DNA of 63,857 nucleotides, counting the filler, from Kipferlia bialata (taxonomy: Eukaryota): NCBI GenBank assembly GCA_003568945.1. It is 6 parts of 6 records of this genome, joined end to end, with 100 filler letters (N's around TTAATTAATTAA, not from the genome) between each part and the next. Parts side by side here need not be neighbours in the genome. Positions count along the whole stretch, not along the records: positions 40,979 to 52,368 come from BDIP01001245.1; positions 52,469 to 63,857 come from BDIP01001246.1; 4 more parts are not named here. One strand, given 5' to 3'. Made by a program: the position numbers and the translations under genes. Every line of letters begins with the position of its first letter. Position 1 is the stretch's first letter. Shown here in pieces: positions 50,058 to 61,500 of this stretch. The notes under the pieces were generated by a model that was given only the letters and a program-made list of their open reading frames with translations, did not search any database and was not told the origin of the DNA.

Positions 50058-51657
50058 TGGGTGGGGGAGGTGTGTATAGTATACAATAAGAGCATTGAAT
50101 GAACTTCATAGATGCATTGAATAGTTATCAAATAATGTTATCATATATATATATATTTATTCATTTACGGTCAATGACACTGCAGTCCACATCGACCTGG
50201 GGTCAAACATCATAGTAGTGTAGGAACATCTGCACCAATACCAGACTTTCATACACAGAGTCACTGTACATCAACGTAGTAGGTAGGGGGAAGGGGGGGG
50301 GGGGAATTGTACAGCAACAGCCAAAAGAATAATTGTAGACAGCACTTCTATGCATTCCTGTGCAGTGAGAGGAATGTACTTTGGGTGTATAGATATTGCC
50401 TGCAAGGGTACTAAGAGAGAGATACGAGGGAGGGAGGGACTGTTGGGGGTGGGGGGGGGGGAGAGCAAGAGAAGACAGGAACGAGAAGTTNNNNNNNNNN
50501 NNNNNNNNNNNNNNNNNNNNNNNNNNNNNNNNNNNNNNNNNNNNNNNNNNNNNNNNNNNNNNNNNNNNNNNNNNNNNNNNNNNNNNNNNNNNNNNNNNNN
50601 NNNNNNNNNNNNNNNNNNNNNNNNNNNNNNNNNNNNNNNNNNNNNNNNNNNNNNNNNNNNNNNNNNNNNNNNNNNNNNNNNNNNNNNNNNNNNNNNNNNN
50701 NNNNNNNNNNNNNNNNNNNNNNNNNNNNNNNNNNNNNNNNNNNNNNNNNNNNNNNNNNNNNNNNNNNNNNNNNNNNNNNNNNNNNNNNNNNNNNNNNNNN
50801 NNNNNNNNNNNNNNNNNNNNNNNNNNNNNNNNNNNNNNNNNNNNNNNNNNNNNNNNNNNNNNNNNNNNNNNNNNNNNNNNNNNNNNNNNNNNNNNNNNNN
50901 NNNNNNNNNNNNNNNNNNNNNNNNNNNNNNNNNNNNNNNNNNNNNNNNNNNNNNNNNNNNNNNNNNNNNNNNNNNNNNNNNNNNNNNNNNNNNNNNNNNN
51001 NNNNNNNNNNNNNNNNNNNNNNNNNNNNNNNNNNNNNNNNNNNNNNNNNNNNNNNNNNNNNNNNNNNNNNNNNNNNNNNNNNNNNNNNNNNNNNNNNNNN
51101 NNNNNNNNNNNNNNNNNNNNNNNNNNNNNNNNNNNNNNNNNNNNNNNNNNNNNNNNNNNNNNNNNNNNNNNNNNNNNNNNNNNNNNNNNNNNNNNNNNNN
51201 NNNNNNNNNNNNNNNNNNNNNNNNNNNNNNNNNNNNNNNNNNNNNNNNNNNNNNNNNNNNNNNNNNNNNNNNNNNNNNNNNNNNNNNNNNNNNNNNNNNN
51301 NNNNNNNNNNNNNNNNNNNNNNNNNNNNNNNNNNNNNNNNNNNNNNNNNNNNNNNNNNNNNNNNNNNNNNNNNNNNNNNNNNNNNNNNNNNNNNNNNNNN
51401 NNNNNNNGAGACCCTTTTTCCCCCATTCCCCCCCCCCCCCCCCCCCATCCACAAATCTACCAGAGTGCCTCTCCCACTCTCTATCTCCTCAGCTACACTC
51501 TTCGTACCCCCATTGTTCCTCTCTCTCTCTCTCTGTATCGAGACACTTTCCCCTCCCTGACCCCTAGCCCCAGAGTGCCTCTCTCACCCATACTCTCTCT
51601 CTCTCACACACACACATACACACACATACACGCTCTCTCTCTCTCCCCTGACCCCAG

Positions 51658-52359
51658 GCCCCAGAGTGCCTCTCTCACCCAGCCCCGTACCACATACCAG
51701 CCCACAGCATCCGAGTACTTCTCAGGTATACTACTCTCTCTCACACTCGCTCGCGCGCTCGCGCTCTCTCTCCCCCTCTCTCTCCCCATATATATTCATA
51801 TATATGTATGTTCTCACCCCTAGGCCACACCCAGGCCATTGGACAGCAGCGCCTCTCTCTCTCTCTCTCTCTCTCTCTCCGCCTCTCTATGTATGTCTGT
51901 GTATACATTATTGTACATATACACATTCTCACCCCCAGGCCACAACCAGGCCATTGGACAGCAGCAGCTGGAGAGTGAGAGGTGAGTATTATACAAGAGG
52001 AGATGTATGCTATAGTGTGCTACCACATAGCCTCATTTGTATACTGAAGTCCAATGTGACTCTATATCTGATATCACATTCCCTCTTACACCCAGGCTCC
52101 CCTCCAATGTGACGTGCAATGTCTTTAGTACAGTTGTGTTTTTCTATATATTTCTATATAGTATATATATGTGTTTATACTCTTTCTTACACCCAGGCTC
52201 CCCTCCAATGTGACGTGCAATGCCAGTGTGTCAGTATTGTATCTTATATACATACTCATTTATATATAGGTACCTCTCTCTAACAGCTAGGCTCCCCTCC
52301 AATGTGACGTGCAATGCCCTGAGGGAACAGGTCAAGACACTGAGGCAGAGCATAGCAAG
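51658..52359 (+). CDS. fragment of a hypothetical protein (partial at both ends)
   Basis: PQSASLTQPRTTYQPTASEYFS|GHNQAIGQQQLESER|LPSNVTCNALREQVKTLRQSIAR with canonical splice sites. Confidence 0.5.
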
Positions 52360-52559
52360 GTATATATANNNNNNNNNNNNNNNNNNNNNNNNNNNNNNNN
52401 NNNNNNNNNNNNTTAATTAATTAANNNNNNNNNNNNNNNNNNNNNNNNNNNNNNNNNNNNNNNNNNNNCCTTTCCCCCCCCCCCCCCCCCCCCCTCCCTC
52501 TCCCCCCGCCAGTTCTGCCTTTGCTCTCTCTCTCTCTCTCCCCCCCCCCTCACCCCCAG

Positions 52560-53158
52560 GTCTGCCTTTGCGCTGTACCACCAGATCAGTGACATCAACT
52601 GGGACCTCAAGAGAACACGGACACGGCTGGTCGGGTGTACGTGGGTCTGTCCTCTCTTAGTACAGAATATAGTGCATAGTGTACATACTATACATATTTT
52701 TCTTTATGTACATATATTGTACATAGGCCTGGACTCCCTGAGTGTAAAGTATTCACATATATCTAACCCTGTCATCTTCTTGCCCTTCCATACTCTCTCC
52801 CCTCTCTCTCTATTCTTAAGCTTCAACTGCATCACGGAACTCTCCCTCTCTTATCCTCACTGTCTGGCTTATGACAACTCTCTCTCTATCTATGTCTAAC
52901 CCCCCCCCCAGCCTGTGACGCCACTATCTGTTTCTCTCTCTTCAGTCTCCATCTATCAGTCACCCCCCAGCCACTGACACCAGTGTCTTTCTCTCCCTCT
53001 CCCTCTCTCCATCTCATTATACTCCTCACCCCCCAGCCTATGACACCACCGAGGACAACCTCGAGATCAAGGAGCCCATCCCCAGGCCAGGGGACACAGC
53101 TGCTGAGTATGCACTGTGCCAGAGGCTCTGGGACCCAGTCAGGCACTACCAGGAGTGA
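52560..53158 (+). CDS. SPC24: probable kinetochore Spc24 C-terminal RWD-like domain; 5'-partial
   Basis: Exons 52560-52636 and 53037-53158 give SAFALYHQISDINWDLKRTRTRLVGSYDTTEDNLEIKEPIPRPGDTAAEYALCQRLWDPVRHYQE*; LYHQISxIxWD...G...LW at the protein end matches the Spc24 pattern as I recall it. Confidence 0.6.
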
Positions 53159-53551
53159 TGAGAAGAGAAGAGAAGAGAAGAGAAGAGGAAACATGAGTGT
53201 TTGTGGGTCAATTGACTAGGTGTTTGTTGTATGTAATTTGTGTTGTTTTTGGTGTTCTTTGTGTCTTTGAATAGATGTGCTGTTGTCTGTGTGTGCCGGT
53301 CCGTGTTGTGATACCGTGTGTACGACTGTGCAGATACATACTATATGTACTAGTTGCACATGAAACAGAAGTCAACCCTTCGTTTTTGCGGTGTCTTCGA
53401 GTCGATAATAATAATTCATGGTCTCTCTTTCTATGAGGATATCTATCTCATGGCCCAGATATATATCTTCTCTCTGTTGCCGAGATGGTGTATGCGTTAG
53501 GCGCGGCCGTGGTACCATCCCAGGCCATCACCCGGCACTCTGCATGTGAGC

Positions 53552-56500
53552 ATGCCCCTGGCCTCTATTCACCCAACTAACCCACCCACACCCACCCCCA
53601 CCCCTGCCTGTACCTCATGACACGCCACGATGGCCTGACAGTGGTCAAGCAGCGGTGTCCTGTCCAGAAGACCCGGCTCAACCGCTCCCTCTCCTTCTCC
53701 GTGACCTGTCGGGATGTGAGCGATGCCTCAGATGCTGAGGAGGAGTCTAGCCCCATGCAGGAGTCCCTCTCTGCCCTTAAGGCAGAGGCAGCGGCAGAGG
53801 GGGAGAGAGAGACGGAGGAGAGGAGCCTGACGCGCCCGATGCGTGTCATCTCGTCTGTGCCTGGTCTGTATGGCCTGCCCAGTGCAGTGGTGGTCAACGG
53901 CAGGATGGAGGCCAAGGACGTGACCAGGATCAGGTGGGGTGGATGTGTGTATATGTAATAATAGGTGTATTTGGTGCCCCCCCCCCCCCCCCCACGCCAT
54001 CCTCCTGCTCTCTACCCTCTCCATACCCCTTACCCCTAGATGCCGTGTGCGAGGTGTCAGACCCCCCAGACAGGGCATGTCCCCCAATGGGGCAGGCACA
54101 GTGCTAGTGGTAGTGCCAAGGACCTCAGATGTGCAGGTGGGTGTGACAGTGGTTGTATGTATAGTCAGCTCTGAGCCCCCCCCCTGCGTCTCTCTCTTAC
54201 CCCCAGGTTGTGCTTGACAACTGGGCCCGTGCCTCCCGCTCCTCCCCCACCCCCCTGGGCACTCTGTTGACCCTGCCCGACTTCATCAGCCAGTGTCACA
54301 TGCCCACCAACCCTGCCGCTGCCTCTACTAGAGGTGTCCCCAAGGCCCCCTCCTACATAGTGTTCAGTGCGGGCAGTGTGACTGGGGAGGCACTGGAGAG
54401 AGCGGTGGCCCGGATAGCAGTGCTCAGGTACATAAGTATATGTAGGCACCCTCTCTCTCTCTCTTGGATGGATACTAAAATACATGTCTCAACCTCACCC
54501 CAGGTGTCTTGTTCTGAACCGTGCTGAGATCCTGCCTCGTAAGGACAAGCTGGCCAGTCTCCTTGGGTCTGTACTGATAGGGGTGTACAGGAGGCAGAGG
54601 GAGGGGGTCAGGGACGGCCAGGCCCCCTTGCACTCCACACACACCCTGCCCATTGTTGTAGATCACTTCAATGCAGCCCCTTTGCTGCAGACACAGTTCC
54701 TAGAGGGGCTGAGAGTGGCACTGGAGACGGGTGGGGTCATATATATGTAATTACTATTACATAATTATTATACATTGCGCTGTGTCTCACTCCCAGCCCG
54801 ACACACTGTGACCATGCGGCAGAGCAGAGACGCCGACAAGGAACAGAAGAGAGAGAGGTACAGGGAGAGCAGGGCCAGACAGGAGCAGCAGGATGTGGAC
54901 ACGGCACCCCCCCTCCCCCGGTCCCACCCCCTCCCCATCCACCCCCTGGAGCTGACACCCACCAAGATGTGTGAGATACTCGCTAGGTGGGGACTAGCTA
55001 CAGTATGACTGTATATAACTATCATCTCCCTCTCTGACAGGTTCTCTCTCCAGGAGTGAATGCATGTATATACCTGTACGCCCCTACCACCCTCTCTCTT
55101 CCCTCCCTTATCCCCAGGAATGCCCAGTCCCCTATATATATTATGTATATATATATACTCATATACCTATACATATACCTCTCACCCCCAGGTTTGCCCT
55201 GTCCCCTGTGCCCTCTGAGGGTGGCACCAACAGTGACACCGAGGCAGAGGACTCCGTGTACACATTCGACAAGTACGTTGACACACACACACACACACTC
55301 TCTCTCTAGAGTCTATTAATTGTATACAACCTCTCACTGTCCCAGGTATGTGCAGACCCCCGACACCCTGTATGTCGTGACCCACCGGTGCCCCCCGAGT
55401 GTCATCACGGCCCTGAGGCACCACTTACACTCAGCAGGCATCACAACAGCCACGACAGGCACACACACAGACACAGACAGAGACTCAGTGTCTGCTAGGG
55501 TTGGTGCCGACCCCAGGCTTGTGCTTGTACCCCTAGACACCCTGACCCTGCCTGGGTCTGTGTCGCTGTGTGGGGAGGGGGTGTCTGTGGCTGGGGCAGT
55601 GTGTAACAGGCTGAAGGGTATCCTCCAGAGGACCCATAGACCATCCACATGCATCCACCACTTCATTGTCAACGCATGCCTACCTGGCAGTGCGGCATGT
55701 ACCTCTGCAGAGACTGACTCCACCGCTGCTCTGACCTGTCTATCAAGGGACGTGATATACCCTCTGTCCCGGCACTCCACAGTGCATGGCCAGCTACACA
55801 CCATCGAGGCCAATGCGTCTGTGGAGGGTCTGGTGCTGTCAGAGGTAGTACAGTGCATGGGAGGGGGGGTATCAGACACTGTAGACGGAGAGAGGGAGAG
55901 GGAGGCACCCACCCCGGAGGTTGAGGCGACTCCCCCTCCCCCCCACACTCTGTGTGGTGTGCATACACCCACCGTCAGTCCCGTCCGACAGGCCATCCGC
56001 ATAGCCTCCCCCGTCCTCCCCCATGTGCCTGTGGCCTATGGGTGGGGTCCCCAGTCATCATATGGCACTGAGGCACTGGCAGCACCGGAGAGGGTGTCCT
56101 CATACCCTGCCGCGCCTGGGTTCATCCCATACTCTGACACTGAGACTGGGGTGTACATCGCCTCCCCCGCAGTGTCCTTCTCTCTCTCCCCTGTCGTTGG
56201 GCATGTCGGGTCTGTCTCCCACGTCCCATCCCCCCCACCCATCACGGGTGTGACAGGGGGCATCATGACCAACATCATGCAGTGTGTGGAGGGGTACAGG
56301 GACATATACGCCCTGGCAGAGAGGCACGGAGGTGAGGCTGAGGGTGCCCCAGACATTGAGTTCTCTGGCACGGGTCTGTTTGACGTAGATACGACAGCAC
56401 TCGATGCAGAGAGGGAGAGGGAGAGAGAGAGAGAGAGCCAGAGAGTGCGGCAGAGGGTGCTGGGCTCTGGCCGTGAGAGGTCGTGCTATGAGACCTTTGG

Positions 56501-58211
56501 GGAGGTGGTGTTTGGCCGGAGGGAGGGCAGGGAGATGGGCAGACAGAGCACGGGGGGGGACTCCGACTCAGACTCCCCTCCCTATGACTCTCTGGCCAGT
56601 CTCTCTCTCACATCCCTCGGGGGTCTGGACCCCATGCAGAGAGAGGGCTCCTGTGAGTCTGTGTCTGACCTGGGAGTGAGTGACACCGACTCTGAGCCAG
56701 TGTCTGTCTCTGTGCCCAGGGTGACACAGACTGCTAGGGTGCAGGGCGAGACTGATACATGCAGTGTGGGAGACACACCCAAGACACACGAGGGTGCTGA
56801 TCCTGTCCCAGGAGATGTAGAGACAGAGAGAGAGGACACCGAGGAGGTTGATGTGCAGAGGCCCATCCGTATTGTTGAGGACAGGGAGTCATTGAGTCAG
56901 GCCCTACTCGATGGGTGCCATGTGCTGATACTGGGTGTGTCTGAGACTGACATTGCGCAGTGCCTCAGACACAGGATACGGTCCCACCCCCACTCCACAT
57001 CTATCTTCCTACACAGAGCAGGGGCTGGCTCTGTCTCAAGCACCGCAGGGGTGGGTATGGGGGGTTCCACCAGAGGTCTCTCCCACTCTGTCTCTGCCTA
57101 CCCCCTTGCTGCCCCTAGGCCCCCTTCCCAGAGTAGGGCCACTCCCTCTGCACCCTCTACCGCAGTGCACAGGGTGGCAGCCCTAGTCTCCGACGACCCC
57201 ACTGTCATCCAGGCCCAGGCCTCTGTCGTGTCTGACCCCATACCCCCATCCATGCCTCTGCACTCTGCCCCTGGGCCCATGTTGATAGGCGATGTCACCC
57301 AGAAGCCATCAGCCGTGTACAGGGTGGTGCCCCAGGCCGTGGGTCTGGTGGTGCTAGACAAGACATACCTCATCAAGGAGAGCCAGGGGGAGAGCGTGAG
57401 GGGGAGGGGCAGAGAGAGGAAGAGGAAGAGAGCCAGGAAGGTTGACTCTGCCTTACCTGTCTATGCTGTGAGGTGTGTGGCGTCGTGCTGTGTGGGACAC
57501 AGTGCTCAGATAGTGGGCATACTCGGCACAGGGGAGAGTGGGCTCAGACACCAGGCCATGGTCTCTCTGGCCAAGTACACACGGCCCATCCCCCCCCTCT
57601 CAGACGCCATCCCGTCCTTAAGTGGGACCCGTCTCTCCCACTGCTGCAGGTGTCTGAGTGTGTGCGGCATCAGGCCTCTAGATGGTAGGTACCTAGAGGC
57701 CATGGCCCAGGTGATGGGGGAGAGGGGGCATGTCCACATGCAGAGCGGGTCATTCACACTGGCAGCCAACTACGCAGCAGTGCTGGCCCTGGTGGATACC
57801 AGCAGACAGGGCAGGGCAGACGCTGCACATGGACCCCAGGTGCTGGTACTGACTACGGGCAGGGCTGTGGTAGTTGCAGCCAGCCTATCTGTGTGTCAGG
57901 GTGTGGGGGTCACTATAGCCAGGGCAGACCCCGCCCTCTCCCTCCCCCTACCACCGTGTGACGTGGCTGTGGTGGGGCTGCAGGACCTGGGCCGGTGTCT
58001 GAGGCAGGGTGTACTGGGGGTACAGTCCCTGCGGCATGTGGTGGGACTGGGCCCAGGGTGTGCCAACGGCATACTGGGGCTGGACACCTCCATCCAGCAC
58101 CGGATGGGTGTCAACAGACCCAGGCTGGTGCTGACCTCTCTCTCTAGGGACACAGACAGTGTGAGACAGGCTCAGATGGAGGAGAGGGTGGCCGGGTGCT
58201 TCCCTCTCTAG
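53552..58211 (+). CDS. large protein with degenerate SF2/DEAD-box-like segments (pseudo-helicase)
   Basis: Several exons plus a ~2.9-kb terminal exon; HVHMQSGSFTLAANY, GPQVLVLTTGRAV, DVAVVGLQDLGRCLRQGVLGVQSLRHVVGLG; start uncertain. Confidence 0.55.
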
Positions 58212-58505
58212 ACATGCAAGGACTTAGCGTCATGTTACAGTGCATCAGATGCACCAGATACACACATACAATAGATATTGAATGATGGTTGGCAAGTTGT
58301 TACACATGAAAGAAAACACAAACAGACCACATTGGGGTATCTTCGTCTATTGCTCTCGTTTCCGAGTCATAGCGGGGTGGAGGTGGGTCATTCAGAGACG
58401 CACTACCTGCACACTAAACTGGTGTCTACAGCTACATCTGATGGTAGGTAGGGGGGGCACTGATAGTATCAGTATCAGGAGCCCGAGGGGTAGGGGCTAG
58501 GGGCC

Positions 58506-61500
58506 CTACCGCCTTGTTCTGCGCCTGGGCCTGGAGGACTGGGCGATGAGGGCGGCAATGCGGCGCTCCTCCTCCCTCTCTCTCCTCTCGGCAGCTGTCT
58601 GGCGGGTGCTTCTCCTGCGGGGTCTGGGGGTGGGGACCTTTGGGGCCTCCTCGACCTCCTCCTCCTCCACAGCCTTGGCCTTGCGGGGCCTACCGGGTCT
58701 CCTCTTCTGGACACCTCTGCTACCTCTGCCCCTGCCTCTCCTGGTGGTGGGGGCAACGTACTCCTCCTCCTCCTCCTCCTCCTCCTCCTCCTCTGCCTCT
58801 GCCTCAGCCTCAGCCTCTGGCTCCTCAGAGGGCTCGGGGGCCTTCTCAGACTCCTCCTCCTCCTCAACAGCCTCAGCCTCCTCCTCCTCCTCCTCGGCGG
58901 CCTCAGCCTCGGACTCCTCTACCTCCTCGGCAGCAGAGCTCTCAACCTCCTCCTCCTCCTCCTTCTCGCTTTCCTCCTCCTCCTCTACCTCCTCGGCAAC
59001 ACTCTCCTCCTTCTCGCTCTCGCTCTCACTCTCCTCAGCCTCCTCCTCCTCCTCCACAGCCTTCTTAGGGGTGATGGGTGCAACGAGGTCGAGGTCGATG
59101 GGGGGCCTGGGGGCGGTGGGGCCTGGCTTGATGGTCATGTCCACATCAGTGGTGGTGGGGTGGGTCACAATCTGGCTCTCCTCAGACTCAGAGGACTCGG
59201 ACTGCTCTACCTCCTCAGCCTCAGCCTCAGCCTCTGCCTCAGCCTCTACCTCCTCCTCAGAGGTCTCCTCGGCCTCGGCCTCAGCCTCAGGGGCAGCCTC
59301 CTCCTCCTCCTCCTCTGCCTCTGCCTCTACCTGGGCCTCCTCAGCCTCCTCAGCCTCCTCGATGGCCCTGTCGGCCTCTGCCTCAGTGACAGGCACGGGC
59401 ACAGCCTCCTCCTCAGCAGCCTCCTGTGTGACGGGGACCCTGACGATGTTGCCGTCCCTCCCGACAGTCACCACCCACCCGTTGGGGACCTGGTAGTGCA
59501 CGACGTGGGTGGACACGGTGGAGATGTAGTGGCCGGGGAGGGCAGGGGGGGCACGGAGAGACTCCCTGTATGCAGCCTGGATGACCTCGTCCTCGTCCAG
59601 ACCCTCGATGACAGGGAGGGCAGGGCGCTTGAGGGGAGGGGGGACAACGTCCTGGGTCTCCTCAGCCTCAGCCTCAGCCTCAGCCTCTGCCTCTGCCTCA
59701 GCAGTGGGGGCGGCCATGGCCACATCACCCTCCTCCTCCTCCTCCTCCTCCTCCTCCTCCTCAGAGGACCCCTCCAGGTCGTTGTCCCCGTTCATGGCCT
59801 CAAACATGTCGAGGGCCTCGTGGGCCTCATCGCACTCCCTGGCGATGCGGGCGTCCTCAGTCTCCTCAGCCTCAACAGGGGCAGCGGCGCCTAGGGCGGG
59901 GGCCTCGCCTCCTGGCACCATGACAGGCACCAGGCTCTTGACGTGGGCCAGCACGGCCTGGCTGGACCTGACCTGTGTCTCGATGGCGGCAATGAGGGCC
60001 AGGAAGGCAGCCTGTGCGTCGGGGCCTGTGGTGACTGGGACGGCAGGGAGGGTGGGCATGGCTGAGACTGCGGCAGAGGCAGCAGCCAGGGCCTGTGCGG
60101 TGGGGACGGGCAGGGGAGGGGTGATGGTCCTGGGCAGGGCCTGGGGCACGGGGAGGGGGGAGGTCTGGGGCTGCTCGGCAACCACCTCCTCCTCACTCTC
60201 CTCCTCAGTGACCTTGTCCACCACAGGGGTGCGCCTCATGAACACCTTGGAGAATGCACGCATGAGGGGGGTGCCCCTCTTGGCAGCGGCCATGGGCTGG
60301 GTGACGCCGGGGGTGGCAGGGATCTTGAAGGGGATGGCGTCCACGCCCTTCTGCTCCTCCTCCTCACTCTCCTCCTCCTCCTCCATGCTAGAGTGCATCT
60401 CAACGTCGCCCTCGGACACGATCTCAGCCTCAACGGCCTCGGGCTCGGGCTCAGACACCTCACCCTCCTCCTCGACCTCCTCGACGTCCACGGGGACAGG
60501 GGCCTCAGAGGACACGGGTGAGAGCTCCTCCACCTCGACCTCCTCCTCTGCCTCCACCTCCTCTGCCTCTGCCTCTGCCTCTGCCTCTGGCTCAGAGGAC
60601 TCGGACCCCTCGGCATCAGACTCCTCGTGGGAGACAGAGTCGTCGGAGATGTCGCCCTCTCCCTCGGCCAGGGACTTGGCGATGGCGGCCTTGACCTCCT
60701 CCTCGGTGAGGGTGTCATCCATGGGCATGGCAACCACGTCGTCACCCTCCTCCTCCTCCTCCTCCTCCTCTACAGCCTCACCCTCTGCAGCAAGGGAGTC
60801 GGCAATGGCAGCGGCAACCTCCTCGTTCTCGAGGTCCTCGCTCTCCTCCTCCTCCTCGGCAAGGGCATCAGCAATGGCAGCAGCCTCGTCCTCCTCGTCC
60901 TCAGAGATGTGGGCGATGGCCTCCTCGGCCTCTCCCTCGGACATGGGCATCTCAACCTCGATGGCCTCGCCCTCGGCAGACGGGACGGCCTCAGACACGG
61001 CCTCGCCCTCGGCCTCTGCCTCAGGCTCAACAAAGGTGGTGACCACGACGTCTCCGGCCTCGGGCTCAGACTCCTCGCCCTCCTCCTCCTCTGCACCAGA
61101 GACGTCTCCCACCATGGTCTCAAACTCCTCGAGCTCCTCGTGGGCAAGGTCGGCTTCCCTGGCGATCCTCTCGTCCTCCTCCTCCTCCAGCCGGCGCTGC
61201 CTCTCAATCTCCCTCTGCTTGCGCATCCTAGACTTACGCAGAGACTGGGGGGCAAGGGGGGAGCCGGCAGTCTCCCTGGGGGTGAGGAAGGGGTGGAGGG
61301 AGAGATAGGCATGTATGTCAAAGAGAATAACACATTGTATAGAGAGTGACCATACACGTGTGATTGTACACTGATAGCAACAAATACAAAAAGAGAAAAA
61401 CAATTAGATATATATATCTGGTTATTGTCAATAGTGAACTGGGAGAATACAAACAACACATATTGCTTTGGATCACTGCAACCGAGAGAGACATCAGGGA

